Shown piece by piece: positions 1-9,363 of a stretch of 64,000 nucleotides of DNA (position 1 is the first letter of the stretch; each line of letters opens with the position of its first letter). The DNA comes from a virus (Duplodnaviria > Caudoviricetes), in the IMG/VR virus record IMGVR_UViG_3300037308_000558, positions 2,089 to 66,088 of that record; one strand, written 5' to 3'. The position numbers and the translations under genes are program-made. The notes below the pieces were generated by a model. The model searched no databases. It was not told the DNA's origin and saw nothing but the letters and a program-made list of their open reading frames with translations.

Positions 1-6
1 CAAGCT

Positions 7-984
7 GTGAACGTCCTTCCCGTCAGCTACTTGACCTGGAAGCAGGCCCAGTCCGAGATGCCCACGTACTACGAGGTGCAGGACAACGGCTACGTCCTGT
101 ACAGCGTCTGCCCGTCGTACATGACCAAGGCGTCCATCACGCAGAGTGCCGACGTTGCGGAGTTCGAGGCATCCTACAAGGCTGGTTGTGAAAGCGCAGT
201 GGACAGCCAGAACGACGCCTTCGTTCTTGGTATGTTGCACAAGGGTGTGCCGCCCTACGATGCCAAGGAGCCCGATGGGCGCGGGGTGTTCGTCAACTTC
301 CCCGCCGACGAGGGGAGCTACATGTGGCTCTCTGGGGCAGGGGATGACGTAGAGAACGGCATCCGAGGGGGTGGCCCCGAGATCACGGCGACGTTCGCTG
401 ATGTCACGCGCACCGAGCCCGAGGTCAAGACCATCGACGTGCAGTTCATGGAGTGGATCCAACTCCACGACGGCCAGGTCACGGTCACGGACAACACGCA
501 GTGGGACATCGGGGACCGCTGGGACTGGGGCGTGTTCATGCCGGCCACCGAGGTCACACCGAACGCGACCAACGAGGGCAACTGCAACGTCGTGAACCCG
601 CAGGGGCAACCTGGCCAGCCCGACAGCTACATCATCGTGCCGGCGGCTGGTGATGGGGCCTACGACGTGGACCTCGCGGTGGCCACTCCAGTGCCAGCAG
701 GCGGGGCTGGTTTCTGGGAGTACGACTGGAGAGCGGACACGGTGTCTCCTTCAGCCAACCCAGGTGGAGCCGGGTGGTACTTGCTCGCTGTGGATGCGCC
801 CATGGCCTACTTCATGCGGGCCGTGAACGTGCCGATCCACAAGGCCGGCAACTTCGACTTCGACGCCTACAAGGCCGAGCGCATCTACAAGAGGTGGAGG
901 CTCCGGCTCATCGTCACGAAGAAGTCGAACGGCCCCGGTAAGCTGAGCGGATGGTTCGTTTGCTTCCGCGAGTACAACACGTAG
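7..984 (+). CDS. hypothetical protein, probably virion-associated (325 aa)
   Basis: Long ORF with GC3-rich codons and beta-rich G/P/W composition; co-oriented with downstream LamG genes; GTG start overlaps an upstream TGA. Confidence 0.55.
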   Translation: MNVLPVSYLTWKQAQSEMPTYYEVQDNGYVLYSVCPSYMTKASITQSADVAEFEASYKAGCESAVDSQNDAFVLGMLHKGVPPYDAKEPDGRGVFVNFPADEGSYMWLSGAGDDVENGIRGGGPEITATFADVTRTEPEVKTIDVQFMEWIQLHDGQVTVTDNTQWDIGDRWDWGVFMPATEVTPNATNEGNCNVVNPQGQPGQPDSYIIVPAAGDGAYDVDLAVATPVPAGGAGFWEYDWRADTVSPSANPGGAGWYLLAVDAPMAYFMRAVNVPIHKAGNFDFDAYKAERIYKRWRLRLIVTKKSNGPGKLSGWFVCFREYNT

Positions 985-991
985 GAGTGTC

Positions 992-2680
992 ATGGCTACC
1001 CAGAACCACGTCACCGTTCCGAACTTCGCTCCGCTTGCTCCTACCGGTGGGTCCGTCTTCAATCAGATCTGGAAGCTGAGCCGCGCGTTGAAGAAAGCGG
1101 GGTGGAAGTACCTGGCGAGCTATGATGGCACCAAGGACACCAGCGCGGACCCAGAGCTCGATAGGTGGGGAGTCGGCACGGTGTCGAACCTCGGGGGTTC
1201 TGGTGCTACCGTAGTCGCACCCACTCGCGGGCGTTCCACCGTGACTGGTCTCAGCGGCATCGTGGCTGCGGATAAGGGCCGCTTCCTCCATCTCAACGGC
1301 GCCACTCCGGCCAACAACCACCATCACCAGATCGAAGAGGTGCTCTCGGCGACCTCCGTCAAGATCGACGCCAGGACCTTCGCGGTGGCTGCAGAGTCTG
1401 GGATGGCGTGGGAGATCCGGGACCCTTTGGGGGACGTCTATCCTATAACGATGACTGCGGCCAACTGCTGGATTCTTCTACGTGGTCCTTCCATGTTGAA
1501 GATTCCGATTGCCTCAGCTCCCACCCCGAATCCTACGACGGGTGCCACGTTCATCCGTGGGGAGAACGTCCTACAGACAACGACCGGCGCGCAGGGAGAG
1601 ATCCTCGGATTCGTCTTCGACGGTGTGAGCTCGGGCTACTTGGTCATCAACCCGCGCGTGCGCGGAACAGGCTCCGGTGTCTACGGCTGGGATTCCACGT
1701 ACACCATCACGGGTGGGTCCTCTGGCGCGACCGTGGTGCAGAGCGCAGCCACGGTGGAGTACCGCCACGAGCTCGTGCTTGGGAAGAACGGCACCGCCAC
1801 GCACGGCGTGATCTGGTTGGGCTGCTTCGACCCCGCTGGTGAGGCGTCCGACATGCTGAGCGCCTCGGCACGGCTGACCGCTGCGACATCATCTCCCCCA
1901 GGAGGCAACAGCGACTTCCCCACCTACGCGTGGGTTGTTTTGGGCACGTCGGCTGCCATCGGAGGCGCGCATACGTGGGTCTACGGCACCAGCACCGCAA
2001 ACGGTAACGCACAGATCATGTGCGCGGACGCCATCGAGGAGGAGAACTGGTCCTCTGATGGTTCATGGACCGTCGCGATGGCCACCCTGAGCGGCACGAC
2101 GGGGTTACAGTGTACTGCTGGAGACCACACGGGTTTCTCCTTCCAACGCTGTGACGACAGCGAGGATGGGGATCTTGCCCCCTATGTGACATTCTCTCCG
2201 GAATACTTCAATAGGTACGCCGTTAGCAGAACGGCAGTGAATACTTTCACATCTTCCGTCGCCCATCTGTTTTCCACCGGTAGCAGCTTCGCGTATTCCG
2301 CTTCTTACTCCTGCCTCCGAGGCTGGCGAGGTCGCGGAAGTGCAGGAGACTCGGCTAGCTTGTTCTCGGGCTTTGCGCCTGCTGTTTTGGCAGAAGTTCT
2401 CGCTACGCCCCTTCTCTTGTGCGAGAAGAACCCCGCCTGGATCGAGAGACAACGCACTAGTTTGGTTGCTACCAAGGTGCGCGAGCCCGTCTGGGTTGTG
2501 AACGCGGACGCAACGCTGAACAAGATGCGTAAGGGCACCATGCGGTGGTTCGGCGTAGTGCAGGGGGGAGAGTCAGGCGACACCTACGACAGCAAGAAGT
2601 GGGTGCAGCTCAGCACCAAGGTTGCACCCCTCATCGCTGGTCCCTGGGATGGATCTACTACGCCAATCCTCTGGGTGTGA
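992..2680 (+). CDS. putative virion accessory protein, type A paralog (562 aa)
   Basis: G/T/S/A-rich. Shares an N-terminal W..S.DG/NG region and C-terminal KG..RW...PWDG with the 5259-6200 product. Confidence 0.55.
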   Translation: MATQNHVTVPNFAPLAPTGGSVFNQIWKLSRALKKAGWKYLASYDGTKDTSADPELDRWGVGTVSNLGGSGATVVAPTRGRSTVTGLSGIVAADKGRFLHLNGATPANNHHHQIEEVLSATSVKIDARTFAVAAESGMAWEIRDPLGDVYPITMTAANCWILLRGPSMLKIPIASAPTPNPTTGATFIRGENVLQTTTGAQGEILGFVFDGVSSGYLVINPRVRGTGSGVYGWDSTYTITGGSSGATVVQSAATVEYRHELVLGKNGTATHGVIWLGCFDPAGEASDMLSASARLTAATSSPPGGNSDFPTYAWVVLGTSAAIGGAHTWVYGTSTANGNAQIMCADAIEEENWSSDGSWTVAMATLSGTTGLQCTAGDHTGFSFQRCDDSEDGDLAPYVTFSPEYFNRYAVSRTAVNTFTSSVAHLFSTGSSFAYSASYSCLRGWRGRGSAGDSASLFSGFAPAVLAEVLATPLLLCEKNPAWIERQRTSLVATKVREPVWVVNADATLNKMRKGTMRWFGVVQGGESGDTYDSKKWVQLSTKVAPLIAGPWDGSTTPILWV

Positions 2681-2683
2681 TCG

Positions 2684-4390
2684 ATGGCGACGAGACTCTA
2701 CTTCACGACAGATGCCCTGAATGGCATCGGTGTGCCCACCGTTACCCAGGACGCGTCTTGGGAGCAGTTCGGAGTCCTACGCTCTTGGCTCAGCTCACGC
2801 AAGCTGGGCTCCATCTTCATGACGAGGTCACTCTCCGAGACGTCCACCTCGGGCACCTACGATTCTTGCATGCAGCAGTTCGTCTCGAAGCCCCTCGCTG
2901 CACAGACCATCTCGGGCACGGTCAAGGCCATCATGCGCTGTGCTGAGAACGCGCTTGCCGCCGATATGCGTTCTCAGATGGTTATCCGTGTCGTGTCTGG
3001 CGATGGCGGCACCATTCGGGGTACCCTGCTTGCGCACGACACATCAGCTCTCTCCAACGAGTGGTACGTTGGCAGTGGCGTGGACCTGCAGAACAGAAAG
3101 TTCCCACTCAACTGGTCCGGCGCAGGTGCCGCACTCACGCCTGTGGTGGTTCAGGTGGGAGACCGCCTCGTTGTTGAGCTCGGGTACCGCGCCCACAACA
3201 CGGTGAGCACACTGTATTACGGCTACATCGAGACGGGCGATGGGGCGGCTACGGACTGCGCTGAGAATGAGACGGGTACGGATCAGTACAATCCCTGGAT
3301 CGAGTTCTCGCAGACCTTGGTGTTCCAGGAGGGCCTCACCCGTGGTTGCGGCGGAGCGGAGTCCTTGATCTCTACCCAGGAGCGCAAGCCCCTGTCCCAG
3401 AAGTCGGTGACGTTCGGCGGTACCGATGAGTACGTGACGATGGGGAACGTGCTCGGGTTCGAGAGAACGGACGCCTTCAGCCTGTCCTTCTGGATCCGAA
3501 AGCCCGACAGCTCTGCTGCCGCCGTACTGGCTAAGATGGATGATTCTTATGTGGGGTGGAGGGTCTACTCTGAGACAGGTATTTCCTTCGACCTGATCAA
3601 CAACCCCACCACCAATCGCCTCACGGTGGATTCTGGCATCCTACTGGCCGACCAGCTGTGGCACCACGTAGCGATCACCTACGACGGCTCCAGCTCGGCG
3701 CTTGGGGTGGCCATCTTTCTCGACGGGGTGCAGGTCAGCACGACCACTTCGTACAACACCCTGTCCGCTTCGATAGTGAACGCTGCTGCCCTTACCATGG
3801 GTCGGGCTATGACATCGGCCGCTCCGTTGTACTTCGTTGGGTCTCTCGACGAGGTGGCCGTCTACTCCAAGAAGCTCTCTGCCGATGAAGTGCGGATGCT
3901 GTCGCATGGGTACTCCCCCCACGACGTTTCGAGCGATGATCAAGAGGCGTATTGGAAGATGGGAGACGACTCCAGCTATCCTACGTTGAGGGACGATGGC
4001 CCCGCTGGTTTGGATGGGACCATGACCAACATGGAAAGCTCAGACATCGGGGTCGACGTGCCCATGTTGCCCTTCTGGCCTAGAGGCGGCGTGTACGGCA
4101 GGGAGCCCGCACTTCCTACCCTGGCCACCACCTCGAATGACTTCAGCTCCATCCGCCGACCGGAGTTCGCTATCGGCGAGGGCGTAGTACTCAGCCCCGG
4201 AGGCGGGGGCACGGTTTCGTACTTCAAGATGCGCGCACAAGATTCGGGTGCCTCCCCTCCGGGGTACGTGACCTGGGTCGTGCAAGACGAACCGGACTTC
4301 GCTGGTGCTGGTTACTCCAGCGGAGTGCCAACCCCTGTAGGTGCCATGGTGCCGGGCAGCGTGGTCGTGGCAGCTAGTTGGGAGGAGTGA
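2684..4390 (+). CDS. LamG/concanavalin A-like domain virion protein, type B paralog (568 aa)
   Basis: LamG-like signature FSLSFWIR...WHHVAITYDG...IFLDG...FVGSLDEVAVYSKKLS; C-terminal ~55-aa module shared with 6204-7907. Confidence 0.75.
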   Translation: MATRLYFTTDALNGIGVPTVTQDASWEQFGVLRSWLSSRKLGSIFMTRSLSETSTSGTYDSCMQQFVSKPLAAQTISGTVKAIMRCAENALAADMRSQMVIRVVSGDGGTIRGTLLAHDTSALSNEWYVGSGVDLQNRKFPLNWSGAGAALTPVVVQVGDRLVVELGYRAHNTVSTLYYGYIETGDGAATDCAENETGTDQYNPWIEFSQTLVFQEGLTRGCGGAESLISTQERKPLSQKSVTFGGTDEYVTMGNVLGFERTDAFSLSFWIRKPDSSAAAVLAKMDDSYVGWRVYSETGISFDLINNPTTNRLTVDSGILLADQLWHHVAITYDGSSSALGVAIFLDGVQVSTTTSYNTLSASIVNAAALTMGRAMTSAAPLYFVGSLDEVAVYSKKLSADEVRMLSHGYSPHDVSSDDQEAYWKMGDDSSYPTLRDDGPAGLDGTMTNMESSDIGVDVPMLPFWPRGGVYGREPALPTLATTSNDFSSIRRPEFAIGEGVVLSPGGGGTVSYFKMRAQDSGASPPGYVTWVVQDEPDFAGAGYSSGVPTPVGAMVPGSVVVAASWEE

Positions 4391-5262
4391 TGCGTGCTCT
4401 CGTTCTATCAGGCGGCGGTGCCAAGGGTGCTTATCAAGTTGGCGCCCTGGAGAAGTGGATCGAAGACGACGGCGTCAACTACGACGCCTTCATCGGGACG
4501 AGTGTGGGAGCGATCAACAGCGCGTGCCTGGCGCAAGCAGCCCCTGGTTGTCTCAAGCAAGCCTACCTGTGGATGCGCGAGTTGTGGTGGGACCTGGACA
4601 ACTCCAAGATCTACGAAAAGTGGTGCATGGGCGAGCTGGCTGCTCTGTGGAAGCCGTCTGTGTACTGTGCTGCTCCCCTTCGTCAGCTCATCAAGGACCA
4701 CCTGAGCTATGATGCCCTGAACAAGTCGGGTAGGAAGCTCCGGGTGGTGGCCTGCTCCTGGAAGACGGGGCAGAAGGTCGTCGCCACAGAGAAGACAGAC
4801 CACTTGGACGACTGGATCTACGCCAGCGCCTCCCAGCCCATCTTCTTCGACCCGGCCGACATCGACGGCGAGCTCTACACGGACGGTGGCCTGCGGGACA
4901 TCGCGCCCGTGGGTGAGGCCATAGAGCTCGGGGCTGATGAGATCGACGTCATCATCACCGGCGACCCACGTCGTCCCTTCAACTGGGACACGAAGGGCAA
5001 GACCACCGTTCAGTACGCCTTCCACATGGCGGGCATCATGTCGGATGAGATCCTCTTGAACGACATCAAGGTCTGCCTGCTCAAGAACCGCATGGCAGAG
5101 GCGGGGCTGAAGCGCGAGGACGGGACGGACTACAAGCAGGTCAAGATCCGGCTGCTTGTTCCCAGCCGTGGTGTGGGTGACTCGCTTGACTTCTCAGCGG
5201 AGAAGATCCGCGAGATGATCGCATTCGGCTACGAGGACGCTTGCAAGCAGGTTGAGCCATGA
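4390..5262 (+). CDS. patatin-like phospholipase (290 aa; ATG 4390 overlaps the upstream TGA)
   Basis: Glycine loop LSGGGAKGAYQVG, nucleophile elbow GTSVG (GxSxG) and catalytic DGG motif. Confidence 0.92.
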   Translation: MRALVLSGGGAKGAYQVGALEKWIEDDGVNYDAFIGTSVGAINSACLAQAAPGCLKQAYLWMRELWWDLDNSKIYEKWCMGELAALWKPSVYCAAPLRQLIKDHLSYDALNKSGRKLRVVACSWKTGQKVVATEKTDHLDDWIYASASQPIFFDPADIDGELYTDGGLRDIAPVGEAIELGADEIDVIITGDPRRPFNWDTKGKTTVQYAFHMAGIMSDEILLNDIKVCLLKNRMAEAGLKREDGTDYKQVKIRLLVPSRGVGDSLDFSAEKIREMIAFGYEDACKQVEP

Positions 5263-6200
5263 CCATACGAGCCCTTCCGAATCAGCCCATTGCGGACACC
5301 CTTGACGTCATCTGGTACTGGTTCAACTTCATGCGGACAGCGAGCCCCACTGGGCCAGGCTGGACCGTTTCGCGGTCTAGCAACGGCCTCGTTGGTGGGG
5401 CAGGAGACAACATCGCCCTAGACCGAAGTACCGGAAGAACCGACATCAACCGCTACAACGGGAGTACGCAGCGGTCCTGGTTCGTGCTCCGGGCCCCTGA
5501 TGGGTCCCTTGAGTACTTGTTCTACAAAACCGACACGACATCGGGGCTCTACCAGGTAGGGTGCTCGCCCTCTGGTAGCTTTACTGGTGGTGGCGCGTTT
5601 GCCGTACCAACAGCGTCGGACGCTGTGTACTTCCATGCGGACTCTCCACCGTCCGCTGCAACCTGTCTTCAGCACGTCGTTGCCGATGACGCTGCACCGT
5701 ACGGCTGGTTCCTGTTCACCCATGTCGCCGGTTCGCCGACGGCGTACCGCTACGCAATGAGCCACATTCCTATGGATGCGGTCGCTGTCTCCGGTGACAC
5801 AGCTCCATGGGTTTTCTACTACGACGGCGGCGGAGCGGGGTACACGCGCACGGCGATCTGCAACGAGTACTACGGGTCCTCGGAGAACCACTGCTACGCC
5901 AGGAACCCCGGCAATTCCGGTGGGGCTGAGTACTGCACAGCGATGTACCTGCGGAACGAACAGGGCGACTTCTTCCCGGAGAACGTCGAGATTCTTCCTG
6001 GGGGTGAGGATGCAGCACTCCCCATCACGTTCGGTCGACGGATGGCCCTCGGCACTGGGTTCTTCAAGGGCATCTCGTCCTTCATGCGGTGGAACGGTAG
6101 AACCAGGGCCATAGGGGAGATGTTCGAGGCTAAGACACGAGTCTCCGTTGGCGTGGTCAACTTTCCATGGGACGGTGCCTCCGCGTTCCTCATGAGTTGA
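5259..6200 (+). CDS. putative virion accessory protein, type A paralog (313 aa)
   Basis: GWTVSRSSNG near the N-terminus and KGISSFMRW...FPWDG at the C-terminus resemble 992-2680. Confidence 0.55.
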   Translation: MTIRALPNQPIADTLDVIWYWFNFMRTASPTGPGWTVSRSSNGLVGGAGDNIALDRSTGRTDINRYNGSTQRSWFVLRAPDGSLEYLFYKTDTTSGLYQVGCSPSGSFTGGGAFAVPTASDAVYFHADSPPSAATCLQHVVADDAAPYGWFLFTHVAGSPTAYRYAMSHIPMDAVAVSGDTAPWVFYYDGGGAGYTRTAICNEYYGSSENHCYARNPGNSGGAEYCTAMYLRNEQGDFFPENVEILPGGEDAALPITFGRRMALGTGFFKGISSFMRWNGRTRAIGEMFEAKTRVSVGVVNFPWDGASAFLMS

Positions 6201-6203
6201 GCC

Positions 6204-7907
6204 ATGGCCTACTCGACCAAGTGCGTGTCCTTCGACGGGACGAACGAGTACGCCACGGCGGCGAACTCTACGCTCTTGTCGAAGGAAAGGTCCGATGCCT
6301 GGACCATGGTGGTGTGGTTCGCAGCGATAGGCGGTAACGGCTTCTTGCTCGGCAAGATGGCGGGCGCGACGACCTACCGTGGCTGGGGGCTTGCGCTGGG
6401 TACTGGGTACTACTACCTACTGCTCCGTAGTGATGACGCCAGCAGCAACGCTCTTCGTGTGCTGTTCTACGATAGCGCAATGACCGATGGGAGGTGGCAC
6501 TTAGCGTGTGTCACCTACGATGGCTCCAGCCTGGCCGCAGGTGTCGCATCATCCTTCGACGGTTCTGCAAGAAGCCCGAACGTGTCACAGGACACGCTTA
6601 CGGGTACCATCGTCAACTCAGCCAACTTCTGGCTTGGTGGTGCCGTAGCTGCATCAGCTGGGTGGACCCGCAACTTCTCTGGAGCTCAGGTAGCTATCTA
6701 CAACCGGGTACTGACGCTGGCGGAGCAGCAGTGGATCTACAACAGCGGCAGTCCGCGAGACCTGAGAGGTGCTGGTGCCCCCGTTGGGCTCGAAGCGTGG
6801 TGGAAGTGCGGTGACGGGGACACGCACCCCACGCTACAGGATTCTGCTGCGCTCGTGTCTCTCCCAACCGTCTCGGATAGGTCTGGTAGCGGCTACAACG
6901 GCACCGCCACCAACATGGACTCCTCGAACATCGTGACGAGCGTGCCGGGAGGGGTGGCCTCGATCCGGTCCATGGTCTTCGACGGTGTGAACGAGTTCAT
7001 CACGATGGGCGACGTTCTAGGCTTCGAGCGGACGGACAGCTTCTCGTTCTCGTTCTGGTTCAAGTGGGCTGCGGGTGCCACGGGCATCGTTCTCAGCAAG
7101 GCCGCTGGCTCTTCCTCGTACCAGGGGTACCAGATCAGCAAGGAGTCTTCTGGCAGCATCGGCTTCTGGTTGATGAGCAACTACGGCACCGGCGACTACT
7201 TGCAGGTCACCACCGTACCAACGTACAACGACTCCACTTGGCACCATTGCACGATGACATACGGAGGCGGATCTGACGTGTCGTCGGTGAAGATCTACGT
7301 GGATGGAACACAGGTCTCTACGACGACCGTGCATAACAACCTCACGGGCAGTGTCGACAACTCGGTCGCGTTCATGCTTGCTGGACGCTCCGATGGGTTC
7401 TTCTACTATCCGGGCTACCTCGATGAAGTGACGGTCTACAGCAAAGAACTGCTGTCGAGCGAGGTGACTTGGATCTACAACTCCGGAGCACCAAGAGATC
7501 CAAGGGTGGCTGGTGGCCCATCGAATCTCGTGGCGTGGTGGCCGCTCGGAGAAGGCATCGGTACCTCGGTGGGCTCGCTCACCATGACCAACATGGAGAG
7601 CACCGACATTCTGAACCAGAGCCCGGACTTCAGCTACGAGCAGGTTGGTGCAGCACAGGATGCCTACCCGTTGGAAGAGGACGGGCACTACCAAGTACTG
7701 GCGGGTGGGGGAGGCACAACCACGATCTTATACTTCAAGATGCGCGCTCAGGACTCCGGTGCTTCGCCACCGGGCTACGTGACCTGGGTGGCTCAGGGCG
7801 CACCTGACTTCGCAGGTGCTGGGTACTCGGGCGCTACACCGACTCCGGTCGGCGCGATGGTAGTTGGAAGTGCTGTGGTCGCCGCACAGTGGGAGGAGAC
7901 AGCATGA
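6204..7907 (+). CDS. double LamG-domain virion protein, type B paralog (567 aa)
   Basis: Two LamG-like repeats (FDGTNEY...WHLACVTYDG; FDGVNEF...WHHCTMTYGG...LDEVTVYSKEL) plus the shared C-terminal YFKMRAQDSGASPPGYVTW module. Confidence 0.75.
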   Translation: MAYSTKCVSFDGTNEYATAANSTLLSKERSDAWTMVVWFAAIGGNGFLLGKMAGATTYRGWGLALGTGYYYLLLRSDDASSNALRVLFYDSAMTDGRWHLACVTYDGSSLAAGVASSFDGSARSPNVSQDTLTGTIVNSANFWLGGAVAASAGWTRNFSGAQVAIYNRVLTLAEQQWIYNSGSPRDLRGAGAPVGLEAWWKCGDGDTHPTLQDSAALVSLPTVSDRSGSGYNGTATNMDSSNIVTSVPGGVASIRSMVFDGVNEFITMGDVLGFERTDSFSFSFWFKWAAGATGIVLSKAAGSSSYQGYQISKESSGSIGFWLMSNYGTGDYLQVTTVPTYNDSTWHHCTMTYGGGSDVSSVKIYVDGTQVSTTTVHNNLTGSVDNSVAFMLAGRSDGFFYYPGYLDEVTVYSKELLSSEVTWIYNSGAPRDPRVAGGPSNLVAWWPLGEGIGTSVGSLTMTNMESTDILNQSPDFSYEQVGAAQDAYPLEEDGHYQVLAGGGGTTTILYFKMRAQDSGASPPGYVTWVAQGAPDFAGAGYSGATPTPVGAMVVGSAVVAAQWEETA

Positions 7908-8464
7908 GCGTAGCCATGGTCGTGGCAGCGGATGCCATCGTGCCCTTGGAGCTCACCATCGAGCAGGAGGGGGTGGGTGGCATCACAGGCAAGGCACCAA
8001 CTGTCCGCCTGCGGGAGGCCAGCACACCGGACTACTACCTCGATTGGGCGGACAACTTGTTCAAGACGTCGGGGTGGACGCAGTTGGATGCTCCGCTCAC
8101 CGAAGCGAGCCGTGGGCACTACAGCAGATCTCTCAGCATGGCGGCAGTGTCGGCCACGCTCGGGAACATCTTCTCAGCGGAGTACCACGTCGATGACGGC
8201 GGCGACGTGAAGGGAGATGATGCCGACATCATCATCGTGGGGCAGGATGGCCTCATCTCGTTTGTCGGCTTGGAGGCTGACGTGAAGCTCATCCGCCAGT
8301 CCATCACCAACCGCATGGAGGAGTTCCCTGGAACGCCGGGGCACCTCATTCTATGGGACGATGACGGCGTCACCCCGCGCATGGCGTGGACGCTGCGCGA
8401 TGCTGCGGGCAACGGCATCGTGGCAACGGCAGGAGCACCAGCCAAGAGGAGTGTGGGCACATGA
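7904..8464 (+). CDS. hypothetical protein, probably virion-associated (186 aa; ATG 7904)
   Basis: ATGA coupling with the upstream stop; GC3-rich ORF. Confidence 0.55.
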   Translation: MSVAMVVAADAIVPLELTIEQEGVGGITGKAPTVRLREASTPDYYLDWADNLFKTSGWTQLDAPLTEASRGHYSRSLSMAAVSATLGNIFSAEYHVDDGGDVKGDDADIIIVGQDGLISFVGLEADVKLIRQSITNRMEEFPGTPGHLILWDDDGVTPRMAWTLRDAAGNGIVATAGAPAKRSVGT

Positions 8465-8676
8465 GCACCCGTACGGGCTTCATCATGCGCTGCTTCTTGC
8501 CCCTGGGCCCACTCACGGTGAGCCGTGGCTTCGGTGGGTTGAGTGACGAGATCATCGTCTTCCCCGAGGAGGACCTCTTCAAGGAGGGCAAGGGGAGGCT
8601 CACGGAGATCAGTGCTACAACCAAGAAGGCTCCCTGCTCCATCGTGCGGCGTACGCGCAAGCGAAAGCCATGCTAG
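8461..8676 (+). CDS. small hypothetical protein (71 aa)
   Basis: ATGA coupling; last gene of the + block. Confidence 0.45.
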   Translation: MSTRTGFIMRCFLPLGPLTVSRGFGGLSDEIIVFPEEDLFKEGKGRLTEISATTKKAPCSIVRRTRKRKPC

Positions 8677-8694
8677 AAAAGGGGCCCGAAGGCC
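8677..8694 (-). terminator. probable intrinsic terminator of the minus-strand block
   Basis: Minus strand reads GGCC-TTCG-GGCC-cc-TTTT (UUCG tetraloop hairpin plus U tract) at the convergent junction. Confidence 0.55.
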
Positions 8695-8712
8695 GGCGCT
8701 TCTGCGCCCTGG

Positions 8713-9114
8713 TCACCATCTGATGGCCAGCCCGTCGATGTACTCGCCGAGCTTCTCCGGCGGTAAGGTCGCCGCGTAGCGCAGAGCTGTCCCTGCCACG
8801 CAGAGAGCGATGTTGATGAGCGCGTCCGTGCGCGCCCTCGCTCGCTGTTTCTCCACGTAGAACGACAGGCTCTGTAGGAAGAACGTGAGCGGGTGGAGGA
8901 TGGGCTTGTGCGTGGTGTAGTAGGCGCTGCCCACGTAGCCGCACTTCTTGCACACCCACCAACCCGTCTCCGCTTCCCAGTCGATCTCACCGTCGCATAG
9001 CTGGTCGAGTGGACTCGGAGTCCACGTGGGGTCCAACGCGTTGCGCGGTAGGCCCTTACCAAGTCTCCAGGGTTCTTGTTCTGCAAGCCGGGGGAGTGAC
9101 GGGTCGTAGCTCAT
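8713..9114 (-). CDS. hypothetical protein with small Zn-ribbon (133 aa)
   Basis: AAGGAG SD before ATG; LC...WWVCKKCG motif. Confidence 0.65.
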   Translation of the reverse strand: MSYDPSLPRLAEQEPWRLGKGLPRNALDPTWTPSPLDQLCDGEIDWEAETGWWVCKKCGYVGSAYYTTHKPILHPLTFFLQSLSFYVEKQRARARTDALINIALCVAGTALRYAATLPPEKLGEYIDGLAIRW

Positions 9115-9150
9115 GAAGTCTCCTTCTGAGCACTGCGTTCCCGTTGCCGC

Positions 9151-9363
9151 CTATTGCCCAACGGCGACTTCATCCAGCCTGGCTCCTTCTAGTAGGCGCA
9201 GCACCTCCTTTGCGCTCGGCTCGTTGCTCGTCAACAAGCCAAGTTTCGCGGCGACGTCGTTCAGCTCTTGAGGGTCCAACTCCAAGAGCTCGGCCATGTC
9301 GAGCTCGACGACGTCGCTGTACTTCGGGAGCGTACAGCCCGGCCAGACCAGGCCCTCTACGCT
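9151..9363 (-). other. unannotated 70-codon reading frame, probably reached by -1 frameshift from 9357-10259
   Basis: The -1 frame SVEGLVWPGCTLPKYSDVVELDMAELLELDPQELNDVAAKLGLL...VGQ* has strong GC3 bias starting 22 codons before its first ATG; G GGA AAA heptamer at 9363-9369. Confidence 0.65.
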
